Source of the DNA: Burkholderiales bacterium
Lineage (GTDB): Bacteria > Pseudomonadota > Gammaproteobacteria > Burkholderiales > JACQAP01
NCBI GenBank assembly: GCA_035275265.1
Contig: DATENC010000029.1
Coordinates: 65,955-129,954, forward strand
Direction of reading: 5' to 3'
Length of the DNA stretch: 64,000 bases
Made by a program: the position numbers and the translations under genes. Below are positions 20,653 to 30,183 of the stretch, one piece after another. Positions within the stretch are counted from its first letter, which is position 1; each line of letters opens with the position of its first letter. Under the pieces are notes generated by a model. The model worked only from the letters and a program-made list of their open reading frames with translations. It was not told where the DNA came from and searched no databases.

Positions 20653-20940
20653 CTATGGGCTCTTGAAATCCACGCGTTCGCGCAGTTCCTTGCCCGCCTT
20701 GAAATGCGGCACATACTTGGCCGGCACATGAACCTTGTCGCCCGATTTCGGATTGCGGCCCACGCGCGGGGGACGGTAATTCAAACCAAAACTGCCGAAT
20801 CCGCGAATTTCGATGCGATGTCCCTGCGCAAGGCTTTTGGCCATTGCGTCCAGGATCATCTTCACCGCAAGCTCGGCGTCGCTCGCGACCAACTGGGGAA
20901 AGTGCGCCGCCAGCTTGGCTATCAGCTCCGACTTGGTCAT
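20653..20940 (-). CDS. ihfB: integration host factor subunit beta
   Basis: A 95-aa HU/IHF fold. The segment [24 protein letters not shown] is typical of IHF-beta, and the position downstream of rpsA is conserved. Confidence 0.95.
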   Translation of the reverse strand: MTKSELIAKLAAHFPQLVASDAELAVKMILDAMAKSLAQGHRIEIRGFGSFGLNYRPPRVGRNPKSGDKVHVPAKYVPHFKAGKELRERVDFKSP

Positions 20941-20948
20941 GGCGCGTC

Positions 20949-22673
20949 CTATTGCGCAGAGTTCTTGTTATCCAGCTTGGCCTTGAGCAAAGCCCCGAGG
21001 TTGGTCGTGCCGGCGTTCGACGAGGTATCGGCCGCGTGCTTCTGCATGGCCTCTGATTCGTCGGCCGCATCCTTGGCCTTGATCGAAAGGTTGATGTTGC
21101 GGTTCTTGCGATCGATATTGATGATCATTGCATTCACCTTGTCGCCTTCCTTCAGATGCGTGCGAATGTCTTCGACGCGGTCGCGCGCGATCTCCGAGGC
21201 ACGCAGGTAACCTTCGACGTCGCTGTCGAGCTGAACTACGGCACCCTTGGGATCGATGGTCTTGACAATGCCATCCACTATCGCACCCTTGTCATGCGCG
21301 GCGACGAAATTGGTGAACGGGTCGCCCTCGAGTTGTTTGATGCCGAGAGAAATGCGCTCGCGCTCGACATCGATGGAAATGACCATCGCCTCGACTTCGT
21401 CACCCTTCTTGTAGTTGCGCACCGCCTCTTCGCCCGGAATGCTCCACGAGAGATCAGACAGATGCACCAGGCCGTCTATGCCGCCCGGCAAGCCTATGAA
21501 GATTCCGAAGTCAGTAATAGATTTGATCTGGCCGCGAACCTTGTCGCCCTTCTTGAAATTGGCGGAGAACTCTTCCCAGGGATTGGGCTTGCACTGCTTC
21601 ATGCCCAGCGAAATCCGGCGGCGGTCCTCGTCGATCTCGAGAATCATCACCTCGACCTCGTCGCCAAGCTGAACTACGCGCGACGGGTGAACGTTCTTGT
21701 TGGTCCAGTCCATTTCGGACACGTGCACCAGCCCCTCGATGCCCTGCTCGATCTCGACGAACGCACCGTAGTCGGTAAGATTGGAAACCTTGCCGAACAA
21801 TCGCGTGCCAGGAGGATAACGGCGCGACAGGCCGACCCACGGATCTTCACCGAGCTGTTTCAGGCCCAGTGAAACGCGGTTTTTTTCCTGATCGAATTTG
21901 AGGATCTTGGCGGTGACTTCATCACCAACATTGAGAACCTCTGAGGGATGTTTGACGCGGCGCCACGCCAGGTCGGTGATGTGAAGCAGGCCGTCGATTC
22001 CACCCAGGTCAACGAACGCGCCGTAATCCGTGATGTTCTTTACGATACCCTTGACGGTGGCGCCTTCTTGCAGGCTGGCGAGCAGCGCTTCACGTTCCGC
22101 GCCCTGACTTGCTTCGAGCACCGCGCGACGCGATACCACCACGTTGTTCCGCTTGCGGTCGAGCTTGATGACCTTGAATTCGAGATTCTTGCCTTCGTAG
22201 GGATTGGTGTCCTTCACCGGGCGGATATCCACCAGCGAACCGGGAAGGAAAGCGCGAATGCCGTTCACCATAACTGTGAGCCCGCCCTTGACCTTGCCGT
22301 TGACCAGGCCCTGCACCAGGGTTCCTTGTTCCATCGCCTTCTCAAGATCGTGCCACGCGGCTAGACGCTTGGCCTTTTCACGCGACAGGCGTGTTTCCCC
22401 ATAGCCATCCTCGAGCGCTTCGATCGCTACGGTCACATAGTCACCGGGCTTGACCTCGAGTTCGCCGCGGTCATTCTTGAACTCGTCTGCCGAAATGAAA
22501 CTTTCCGACTTCAGGCCGGCGTTCACCACGACGAAATTGGGATCCACACGTACCACTTCGGCCGTGATGACTTCACCTGCACGCATCTCTTTACGCGACA
22601 GGCTTTCTTCGAACATCGCGGCAAAGTTATTCTCGGAGGTAGCCGCGTTAGGGGTTTGGGTTTGGGTTGTCAT
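20949..22673 (-). CDS. rpsA: 30S ribosomal protein S1
   Basis: Six S1 (OB-fold) repeats, 574 aa, and the N-terminal FAAMFEESL. Confidence 0.97.
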   Translation of the reverse strand: MTTQTQTPNAATSENNFAAMFEESLSRKEMRAGEVITAEVVRVDPNFVVVNAGLKSESFISADEFKNDRGELEVKPGDYVTVAIEALEDGYGETRLSREKAKRLAAWHDLEKAMEQGTLVQGLVNGKVKGGLTVMVNGIRAFLPGSLVDIRPVKDTNPYEGKNLEFKVIKLDRKRNNVVVSRRAVLEASQGAEREALLASLQEGATVKGIVKNITDYGAFVDLGGIDGLLHITDLAWRRVKHPSEVLNVGDEVTAKILKFDQEKNRVSLGLKQLGEDPWVGLSRRYPPGTRLFGKVSNLTDYGAFVEIEQGIEGLVHVSEMDWTNKNVHPSRVVQLGDEVEVMILEIDEDRRRISLGMKQCKPNPWEEFSANFKKGDKVRGQIKSITDFGIFIGLPGGIDGLVHLSDLSWSIPGEEAVRNYKKGDEVEAMVISIDVERERISLGIKQLEGDPFTNFVAAHDKGAIVDGIVKTIDPKGAVVQLDSDVEGYLRASEIARDRVEDIRTHLKEGDKVNAMIINIDRKNRNINLSIKAKDAADESEAMQKHAADTSSNAGTTNLGALLKAKLDNKNSAQ

Positions 22674-22783
22674 AAGAAATCAAAAAATATCCGTTGCACG
22701 AAACGGGGTTAGTCAATGAACCCGTCAGCGGCGGAAAAAAGACCCTCCTGGGCGTGCAACTGCCGGCAGTTTGCAGGTCTGAT

Positions 22784-24766
22784 TCAGCGGGACGGGGCCC
22801 GGCGCTGCACAGTTTCGAACCACTGGACAACTTGGACGACTGCCTCTTTTATTGAAAGCCCAGTGGTGTCAAGAACTTGCGCGTCTGCGCTCCTCTGCAG
22901 AGGGGCCACGCTGCGCGCGCTATCGCGGGCGTCGCGTTGACTGATTTCCTGCAAAAGGGTGGCTAGATTAGCATCGAAACCTTTGTCTATCAACTGTTTA
23001 TAGCGCCGCAGCGCACGCTCCTCGGCGGATGCGGTGAGGAACACCTTGAGCAACGCATCGGGAAACACCACCGTGCCCATGTCACGACCGTCGGAAACCA
23101 GCCCTGGCGCGCGGCGAAACGCCTGCTGCCGTCGCATAAGCCCTTGACGTACTTCAGGAATCGCTGCTACTTGGGAAGCTGCCGCGGAAACTTCCTCAGC
23201 GCGAATGGCCGCGGAAACGTCCTCATCGCCCAGAAGAATGTCGTGGTCCTGAAATTTCGCAGGCAAGGAGTGCGCTAACCGCCCGAGCGCCTGCACGTCG
23301 TCCATCGGGATTGCTTGCCGCATTGCCGCCAGCGCCACCAGTCGGTACAGCGCGCCGCTGTCGAGATAATGGAATCCGAGTCGTTGCGCCACGAGCCGCG
23401 CTACCGTGCCTTTTCCCGAGGCCGACGGCCCGTCGATGGCTATGACCGGCGCCGACGTGCCGGCCGCGATCGCGGCAAAGCGATCGAAAAAATCCGGAAA
23501 GGTCTTGGCCACGCACTTCGGATCGTTGATGCGGACCGCAACGCCGGCGAGCGCGACCAGCGCGAAGCACATCGCAATGCGGTGATCGTCGTACGTCTCG
23601 ATTGACGCGTGAGGCGTAAGCCGTGATGCGTGCGGTGGGACAACGACCAGATAGTCCGCTCCCTCCTGCACCGTCGCCCCGACCTTACGCAGTTCGGCGG
23701 CCATCGCCGCGATACGATCCGTTTCTTTCACTCGCCAACTCGCGATGTTTCGAAGCCGGCTGCTGCCGTCGGCAAACAATGCCGTCATAGCCAGCGTCAT
23801 CGCCGCGTCGGGGATGTGATTGAGATCCAGGTCGAAAGGTCGCAGCCGACCCTTTTCCGGTGCGCGCACTTCGATCCAGTTCTCACCCATTTCGATGCGT
23901 GCACCCATCCCCGCCAACGCTGTCGCAAAATTCACGTCACCCTGGATGCTATTGCGGCCCACGCCTTGCACCCGAACCGGCCCGCCGCCGATCGCACCGG
24001 CCGCGAGAAAATACGACGCTCCTGTCGCGTCGCCTTCGACGAACATTTCACCGGGACTGTGAAAGCGGCTGTCAGCAGGAATCGTGAACGATTTCCAGCC
24101 TGCTCGACTGACCTGCACGCCGAACCGCGCCATCAAGTTGAGGGTAATCTCGACGTAGGGTTTGGAAATCAGATCGCCGACGACTTCAATCGTCGATTGA
24201 TTGCCGGTCAGCGGCAGTGCCATCAGCATTGCGGTCAGGAACTGGCTGGAAACCTCACCATTCAACCGTACCGTGCCCTGATCGCGGATTTTTCCGGGCC
24301 GGATTTCCAATGGCGGGAATCCCTCCTTGCCCAAGTAGCGCACGTCGGCGCCGAGTTGGCGCAACGCGTCGACCAGATCGCCGATCGGGCGCTCGTGCAT
24401 TCTCGGTACACCAGAAAGCCGATAGTGCCCGCCGCAAAGCGCCAGCGCCGCCGTTAGAGGTCGCAATGCGGTGCCAGCATTGCCCATAAACAATTCTGCA
24501 CTTTTCACCGGAAACGGACCGCCGCAACCGCTGACGGCCAGGCGTCCCGGCTCCCGTTTTTGCGACTGTATCCCGAGCCTTTCGAGTGCTTCGAGCATGC
24601 GGTCGACGTCGTCCGCCGCTAGCAAATCGTGAACATCCGTGGTCCCGCGGGCGAGCGCGGCCAGCAGTAGGACGCGGTTGGAAATGCTTTTCGAGCCCGG
24701 CAGGCGCAACTCGCCCTCCGCCCTGTCGAACGGTCCAAGCTCCAGGAACTCAGGGTACGCGGCCAT
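22784..24766 (-). CDS. aroA: bifunctional 3-phosphoshikimate 1-carboxyvinyltransferase / cytidylate kinase (AroA-Cmk fusion)
   Basis: The N-terminal ~435 aa are EPSP synthase ([10 protein letters not shown]). The C-terminal ~220 aa are Cmk ([14 protein letters not shown]-loop). The two are joined in one frame with no stop. Confidence 0.93.
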   Translation of the reverse strand: MAAYPEFLELGPFDRAEGELRLPGSKSISNRVLLLAALARGTTDVHDLLAADDVDRMLEALERLGIQSQKREPGRLAVSGCGGPFPVKSAELFMGNAGTALRPLTAALALCGGHYRLSGVPRMHERPIGDLVDALRQLGADVRYLGKEGFPPLEIRPGKIRDQGTVRLNGEVSSQFLTAMLMALPLTGNQSTIEVVGDLISKPYVEITLNLMARFGVQVSRAGWKSFTIPADSRFHSPGEMFVEGDATGASYFLAAGAIGGGPVRVQGVGRNSIQGDVNFATALAGMGARIEMGENWIEVRAPEKGRLRPFDLDLNHIPDAAMTLAMTALFADGSSRLRNIASWRVKETDRIAAMAAELRKVGATVQEGADYLVVVPPHASRLTPHASIETYDDHRIAMCFALVALAGVAVRINDPKCVAKTFPDFFDRFAAIAAGTSAPVIAIDGPSASGKGTVARLVAQRLGFHYLDSGALYRLVALAAMRQAIPMDDVQALGRLAHSLPAKFQDHDILLGDEDVSAAIRAEEVSAAASQVAAIPEVRQGLMRRQQAFRRAPGLVSDGRDMGTVVFPDALLKVFLTASAEERALRRYKQLIDKGFDANLATLLQEISQRDARDSARSVAPLQRSADAQVLDTTGLSIKEAVVQVVQWFETVQRRAPSR

Positions 24767-24769
24767 ACC

Positions 24770-25648
24770 TCACGATCCGTTGCGGATCCAGGCATTGCGA
24801 GCGCCGCGCGCGGCTTCGAATAAGCGCTCGATTTCCGCGCCATCGGCGTCGCGCAGGCACTGCGCCAGTTCGGCGAGCTGCTGCTGATACGCCCCGATGT
24901 CGGTCAGCAAGGTTTCCCGGTTGGCAAGCGCGATATCGCGCCACATTTCCGGAGAGCTGCCGGCAATTCGGGTGAAGTCGCGGAAGCCGCTCGCAGCGAA
25001 GCCGAAAAGCGCTTCCGCGTCCGGCCGCGACGCGATCATGTGTACCAGGGTGTATGCAAGCACGTGCGGCAGGTGGCTCACTGCGGAGAAGATACGGTCG
25101 TGACGTTCCGGGGTCATTCGGGTTACCCGGGCGCCGCAGGCTTTCCACATCGCTTCGACGCGATCGACTGCGGCGGCTTCGTTTTCATCCAGAGGCGTGA
25201 GCACCACGTTTCTGCCCTCGAACAGGCCTGCGTTGGCGGCATCCACGCCAGTCAATTCCGCTCCGGCAATCGGGTGCCCCGGTACAACGGACGAAAGGTG
25301 CCGGGAGGCCATGCGTCGCACTGCCGCGACGAAATCCTGTTTCGTGCTGCCCGCGTCGGTAACGAGTGTTCCGGGTGCCAGCGTGTCGGCGAGCGCACCC
25401 AGCACATGCGGGTTCTGCTGTACCGGCACCGCGATCAGAACTGCATCGGCTCCCTTCACCGCAGCCGCAATGTCCTCGACCACCTCGTCGATCACGCCGA
25501 GTTCGAGCGCCCGGGCTACATTGGCGTGGCCACGGCCGACGCCAGCCACGCGGCGCACCTTTCCGGCACGCCTGAGCGCCGACGCCACCGATCCGCCGAT
25601 CAGGCCGACCCCGATGACGACCAGCTTGTCACTATGAAAATTGCTCAA
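24770..25648 (-). CDS. tyrA: prephenate/arogenate dehydrogenase
   Basis: The Rossmann motif VIGVGLIGGS and the conserved HPIAG. It occupies the expected position in the aromatic amino acid operon. Confidence 0.9.
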   Translation of the reverse strand: MSNFHSDKLVVIGVGLIGGSVASALRRAGKVRRVAGVGRGHANVARALELGVIDEVVEDIAAAVKGADAVLIAVPVQQNPHVLGALADTLAPGTLVTDAGSTKQDFVAAVRRMASRHLSSVVPGHPIAGAELTGVDAANAGLFEGRNVVLTPLDENEAAAVDRVEAMWKACGARVTRMTPERHDRIFSAVSHLPHVLAYTLVHMIASRPDAEALFGFAASGFRDFTRIAGSSPEMWRDIALANRETLLTDIGAYQQQLAELAQCLRDADGAEIERLFEAARGARNAWIRNGS

Positions 25649-25677
25649 CGAGATTTTCGATGCACGTTGCCGGAACC

Positions 25678-26814
25678 CTACGGCAGTTCCGTCAATACTG
25701 CTTCAAGTGCAGCTTGAAAGCGTACGTTTTCCGCCGCGGTTCCGATCGTCACCCGCAGATAGTCGGGCATGCCATAGCCAGCAATAGGGCGCACGATCAC
25801 GCCGTGCCTGAGCAATCGCTGGAAAACGTCTGCGGCCATCGGCACCTTGAAGCTGATGAAATTGGCGTAGGACGGAATCCAGGACAGTCCTAGTCGCCTG
25901 AAACCGGTGGTCAGCGCCAGCATGCCTTGACCGTTGAGCGAGCGGCTTTCCTGCACGAACTCCTGATCGGCCAGCGCCGCTACGGCAGCTGCCTGTGCAA
26001 TGCTGCTGACATTGAACGGTTGTCTGACGCGGTTCATCAGATCGGCAACTTGCGGATGGGCGAACGCGAAGCCGACGCGAAGTCCGGCGAGTCCGTAAGC
26101 CTTCGAAAAGGTGCGCGAGATGACCAGGTTGGGAAACTGCTCGAGCCATTTCAGACTGTCGCCGCGCAGCCCTGGATCGAGGTATTCGTAGTAGGCCTCG
26201 TCCAGCACCAGCAGCACGTCCGCCGGCAACCTGCGCAGGAAAGAATGGAGCGCGTCCGGTGCGAGCCATGTTCCGGTCGGGTTATTCGGATTGGCGACAA
26301 AAACGACGCGCGTGTCGCCTCGGACAGCTCGCGCCATGGCGTCCAGATCGTGGCCGAAATCGCGGGCAGGCACTTCGATCCCCGTGGCGCCGGTGGCCTG
26401 GGTCACCAATGGATACACGGCGAACGCATGCTGCGAGTAAATTGCCGACGCGCCCGGCGCGAGACAGGCGTGCGCAACCATTTCGAGCACGTCGTTGGAA
26501 CCGTTGCCAAGCACAATGCTCTCCGCCGCGATGCCATACTTTTTCGCCAGCGCCATCCGCAGTTCAAAACCGTTGCCGTCTGGATAACGCGAAACGTCAT
26601 CGAGCGCGACACGCATCGCCGCCAGCGCTTTCGGGCTTGCGCCCAGCGGGTTCTCGTTCGAGGCCAGTTTGACGATATTCGCCTCCTTCAATCCCATCTC
26701 CCGCGCCAGCTCCGATATGGGTTTGCCCGGCTGATAAGGTGCAATGGCTCGAACATACGCCGGCGAACGCTCGCAAACGTCGACGAAGCGGTGCAGCGAC
26801 GAAACGATGGTCAT
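25678..26814 (-). CDS. hisC: histidinol-phosphate / aromatic aminotransferase
   Basis: A class II aminotransferase with the PLP-Lys motif RTFSKAYGLAGLRVG. Its ATGA start overlaps the pheA stop. Confidence 0.9.
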   Translation of the reverse strand: MTIVSSLHRFVDVCERSPAYVRAIAPYQPGKPISELAREMGLKEANIVKLASNENPLGASPKALAAMRVALDDVSRYPDGNGFELRMALAKKYGIAAESIVLGNGSNDVLEMVAHACLAPGASAIYSQHAFAVYPLVTQATGATGIEVPARDFGHDLDAMARAVRGDTRVVFVANPNNPTGTWLAPDALHSFLRRLPADVLLVLDEAYYEYLDPGLRGDSLKWLEQFPNLVISRTFSKAYGLAGLRVGFAFAHPQVADLMNRVRQPFNVSSIAQAAAVAALADQEFVQESRSLNGQGMLALTTGFRRLGLSWIPSYANFISFKVPMAADVFQRLLRHGVIVRPIAGYGMPDYLRVTIGTAAENVRFQAALEAVLTELP

Positions 26815-27878
26815 TGCGCCGCCACGGGGTACGACCCAAGGATCTTCAGAAAAGCCGCGAGACCTCGCATTTCTTCCAGCGCGCCGGCAACCTTGTCTTC
26901 CGTCTGGTGCCCCTCAAGGTCCACGAAAAACACGTATTCCCACAGGCCGGTGCGCGACGGCCGCGATTCCAGGCGCGTCATGCTCACTCCGCAGCGCGCC
27001 AAGGGAGTCAACAGCTCGTGAATTGCACCCGGGATGTTGCGGGTGGACATCACCAGCGAAGTCTTGTCGTTTCCGGACGGCGGCACTTCCTGCCTGGAGA
27101 TCACGGCAAACCGCGTGGTGTTGTTCGGTTCGTCCTCGATGTTGGCGGCCAGCACTTGCAGGCCATAGTGTTCGGCTGCAGAGCGCCCGGCGATGGCCGC
27201 GGCATCGGCCTCCGCTGCCGCCATGCGTGCGGCTTCGGCGTTGCTCGCCACCGGCACCCGTTCTGTGCGCGGACAATTCTGGCTCAGCCAGCGGACGCAT
27301 TGTGCGAGGCTTTGCGCGTGCGAGTAGATCCGCTTGACTGCAGCTATTTTCACCGCCTTGGACAACAGATTCTGATGGACGGGCAGCACCACTTCCCCAC
27401 AGATCCCTAGCGGCGTGGACAACAGATTGTCGAGTGTGCGTCCCACCGCTCCCTCGGTGGAATTTTCAACCGGCACGACACCGTATCCGACACTGCCCGC
27501 CTCGACTGCACGAAAAACTTCGTCTATCGAACCGAACAGCGTCGCCGGAGCCTGACCCCCGAAGTGCTTCACCACCGCATCCTCGCTGAACGTACCTTTT
27601 GGCCCGAGGCAGGCAACGGAAAACACGTCTTCCAGGGCCCGGCACGCGGAGATGATTTCGGTGAACAAATGCGTCACCGCCTGGTCCGGCAAGGGGCCGG
27701 GGTTGCGCCCTGTAAGTTGTCTCAACACCTGCGCCTCGCGTTCGGGCCGATAAACCGGGCCATCGGCCTTGAGCCTGCCAATGGCATTCGCAGCCGCCGC
27801 ACGCTCGCTGATCAGCTTCAGGATCTCCTGGTCCAGAGCATCGATGCGACTGCGCAGTTGTTTGAGCTCGTCCTGCAT
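26811..27878 (-). CDS. pheA: chorismate mutase / prephenate dehydratase (P-protein)
   Basis: An N-terminal CM domain (LRSRIDALDQEIL), the PDT domain, and an ACT domain with ESRPS. Confidence 0.93.
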   Translation of the reverse strand: MQDELKQLRSRIDALDQEILKLISERAAAANAIGRLKADGPVYRPEREAQVLRQLTGRNPGPLPDQAVTHLFTEIISACRALEDVFSVACLGPKGTFSEDAVVKHFGGQAPATLFGSIDEVFRAVEAGSVGYGVVPVENSTEGAVGRTLDNLLSTPLGICGEVVLPVHQNLLSKAVKIAAVKRIYSHAQSLAQCVRWLSQNCPRTERVPVASNAEAARMAAAEADAAAIAGRSAAEHYGLQVLAANIEDEPNNTTRFAVISRQEVPPSGNDKTSLVMSTRNIPGAIHELLTPLARCGVSMTRLESRPSRTGLWEYVFFVDLEGHQTEDKVAGALEEMRGLAAFLKILGSYPVAAQ

Positions 27879-29065
27879 TACGACGTCTCCGAGGGGAGGT
27901 ATCGCACCGCGAGCACGCCTTCGATCGCGGCAATCCTGTCGATGACTTTCGACGGTACCAGACTGTCCACATCCACCAGCGTGTAAGCCATGTCTTTCTT
28001 GGATTTGTTGAGCATGTTGTGAATATTAAGGCCGGCCTGCGCGACCGCGGTAGAGATCTGTCCCACCATGTTGGGCACATTTGCATTGGCGATTCCGAGC
28101 CGGTACGGGGATTCGCGCACCATGGTCACGTCTGGAAAATTCACCGCGTTGCGGACGTTGCCGTTTTCAAGATACTCGCGCACCTGCTCCGCCACCATCA
28201 CCGCACAGTTGTCCTCGGCCTCACGGGTGGAAGCGCCAAGATGTGGCAGCGCGATCACGCCTGAATGCCCGCGAAAGCTGCCGTGTGGAAAATCGCAGAC
28301 ATAGGCCTTGAGGCGCTTTGTATCCAGGGCCTGCATCACCGCAGCATTGTCGACGATGCCTTCCCGCGAAAAATTGAGTAGCACACCGCCGTGCTTCATG
28401 AGGCCGATGCGTTTAGCCTCGATCAGATTGCGGGTTTCGTCCACCAGCGGCACATGAATGGTTACGAAGTCGCTGTTACGCATCACTTCGTCGATACTGT
28501 GCGCCTTCCTGACCTGGGACGGCAGGCTCCAGGCTGCGTCCACCGTGATTTCAGGATCGAAGCCGTGCACGTTCATGCCCAGCTTGATCGCGGAGTCGGC
28601 TACAAGGCTGCCGATCCTGCCCAATCCAACGATGCCGAGCACGTGGTGCGGCAGCTCGACACCGGTGAAGCGCTTCTTGCCTTCCTCGACCTTCTTGTTG
28701 ATCTCATCATCGGCGCCCGAAAGCTCGTCGACGAAGCGGATAGCCGGCAGCAGATTGCGCGCTGCAATCAACATGCCTGCAAGAACCAGTTCCTTTACGG
28801 CATTCGCATTGGCACCCGGAGCATTGAACACCGGTACACCGCGCTTGCTCATCGCCGCCACCGGGATGTTGTTGGTACCGGCACCGGCGCGGCCGATTGC
28901 TTTCACCGACTGCGCAATATCCATCGCGTGCATGTCCTGCGAACGCACCAGGATCGCGTCGGGCAACTGTATGTTCGCGCCCACGGAGAAACGCTCTCCC
29001 GGGAACCGTTTCAATCCGAGCGGTGAAATCGAATTGAGCGTCAGGATGCGAAGCGGGTCAGCCAT
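27878..29065 (-). CDS. serA: D-3-phosphoglycerate dehydrogenase-like (2-hydroxyacid dehydrogenase + ACT)
   Basis: The NAD motif GIVGLGRIGS, catalytic R/E/H positions, and a C-terminal ACT-like domain. Internal ATG at 29065 (MADPLRIL...). The stop shares one nt with the pheA start (TAATG). Confidence 0.85.
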   Translation of the reverse strand: MADPLRILTLNSISPLGLKRFPGERFSVGANIQLPDAILVRSQDMHAMDIAQSVKAIGRAGAGTNNIPVAAMSKRGVPVFNAPGANANAVKELVLAGMLIAARNLLPAIRFVDELSGADDEINKKVEEGKKRFTGVELPHHVLGIVGLGRIGSLVADSAIKLGMNVHGFDPEITVDAAWSLPSQVRKAHSIDEVMRNSDFVTIHVPLVDETRNLIEAKRIGLMKHGGVLLNFSREGIVDNAAVMQALDTKRLKAYVCDFPHGSFRGHSGVIALPHLGASTREAEDNCAVMVAEQVREYLENGNVRNAVNFPDVTMVRESPYRLGIANANVPNMVGQISTAVAQAGLNIHNMLNKSKKDMAYTLVDVDSLVPSKVIDRIAAIEGVLAVRYLPSETS

Positions 29066-30140
29066 GTCTAGCTTCGAACTCGCGCATGAACTGAAGCAAT
29101 GCCCGGACGCCCTCCACCGGCATCGCGTTGTAAATGGAAGCGCGCATGCCGCCAACCGATCGGTGACCCTTGAGTTGGGTCAGTCCGCGCGCCTTGGCCT
29201 GTTTCAGGAACTCTTCGTCCAATGCGTCGTCCTTGAGGCGGAACGGGATGTTCATGATCGAGCGATCCTCTTTCGCCACTGGACTGCTGAAGAACCCGCT
29301 GCCGTCGAGAAACTGATAAATCAAGCCCGCCTTGAGAAGGTTGACTTTTACCATCGCGTCCAGCCCACCCATTTTCTTGAGCCACTGGAACACCAGTCCG
29401 GCGACATAGAGCGCATAGGTGGGCGGCGTGTTATACATCGAATCATGGTCGGCGTGGATCTTGTAGTCGAGCATCGCCGGGGTGCCCGGCGACGCCTGTC
29501 CGATAAGGTCTTCGCGCACGACTACGATGGTCAGTCCGGCGGGTCCGATGTTCTTCTGCGCGCCCGCATAGATCAGACCGAACCGTGACACCTCCAGCGG
29601 CCGTGCCAGTATGTGCGAAGACATGTCCGCAACCAGCGGCACGCCGCCGGTATCGGGTAGCCAGTGATACTCGATGCCGCCGATGGTTTCATTCGAGGTG
29701 ATATGCACATACGCGGAATCCGGATTGAGTTTCCACTGGACCTGTTTAGGCACATAGCTGAAATTCCTGTCTGCCGAACTCGCCGCTACGTTGACGCCAC
29801 AGAATTTCCCGGCCTCGGCGATCGCCTTTTTGGCCCATTCGCCGGTGTGAACATAGTCGGCTGACTTTTTTTCGCGCAACAGATTCATCGGCACCATGGC
29901 GAACTGCCCAGTTGCCCCACCCTGCAGGAACAAGACTTTGTAGTTCGCCGGTATGGAAAGCAATCCGCGCAGATCGGTTTCCGCCGCTTCCGCGATGGCG
30001 ATGAATTCCTTGCTGCGATGGCTCATTTCCATGACCGACATACCGGTGCCATGCCAGTCGAGCAATTCGTCCCGCACCTGCTCCAGGACCACCTGCGGCA
30101 GGACCGCCGGGCCCGGACTGAAGTTGAAAACTCTACCCAC
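29058..30140 (-). CDS. serC: phosphoserine aminotransferase
   Basis: The FNFSPGPA N-terminal motif and a 360-aa length from GTG at 30140, preceded by AAGGAG. The longer ORF-track N-terminus is the antisense of the gyrA tail. Confidence 0.92.
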   Translation of the reverse strand: MGRVFNFSPGPAVLPQVVLEQVRDELLDWHGTGMSVMEMSHRSKEFIAIAEAAETDLRGLLSIPANYKVLFLQGGATGQFAMVPMNLLREKKSADYVHTGEWAKKAIAEAGKFCGVNVAASSADRNFSYVPKQVQWKLNPDSAYVHITSNETIGGIEYHWLPDTGGVPLVADMSSHILARPLEVSRFGLIYAGAQKNIGPAGLTIVVVREDLIGQASPGTPAMLDYKIHADHDSMYNTPPTYALYVAGLVFQWLKKMGGLDAMVKVNLLKAGLIYQFLDGSGFFSSPVAKEDRSIMNIPFRLKDDALDEEFLKQAKARGLTQLKGHRSVGGMRASIYNAMPVEGVRALLQFMREFEARHG

Positions 30141-30183
30141 GTTTCTCCTTCGCCCTATGAATTCCAATTGACCGCAGATTGCT

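Noticed and set aside
19575-20666. A 363-aa plus-strand ORF. Other long antisense ORFs of the same kind include 749-1522(-), 14884-15933(+), 25927-27021(+), 28458-29588(+), 43733-44899(+) and 59115-60290(+).
   Set aside because: Each lies opposite, or frame-shifted within, a gene with clear family motifs (lapB/lapA, KAS, hldD, hisC, serA/serC, fbpB, queG). Their translations are Arg/Pro/Gly/Ala-rich with no recognisable motifs. This is the usual high-GC shadow-ORF artefact.
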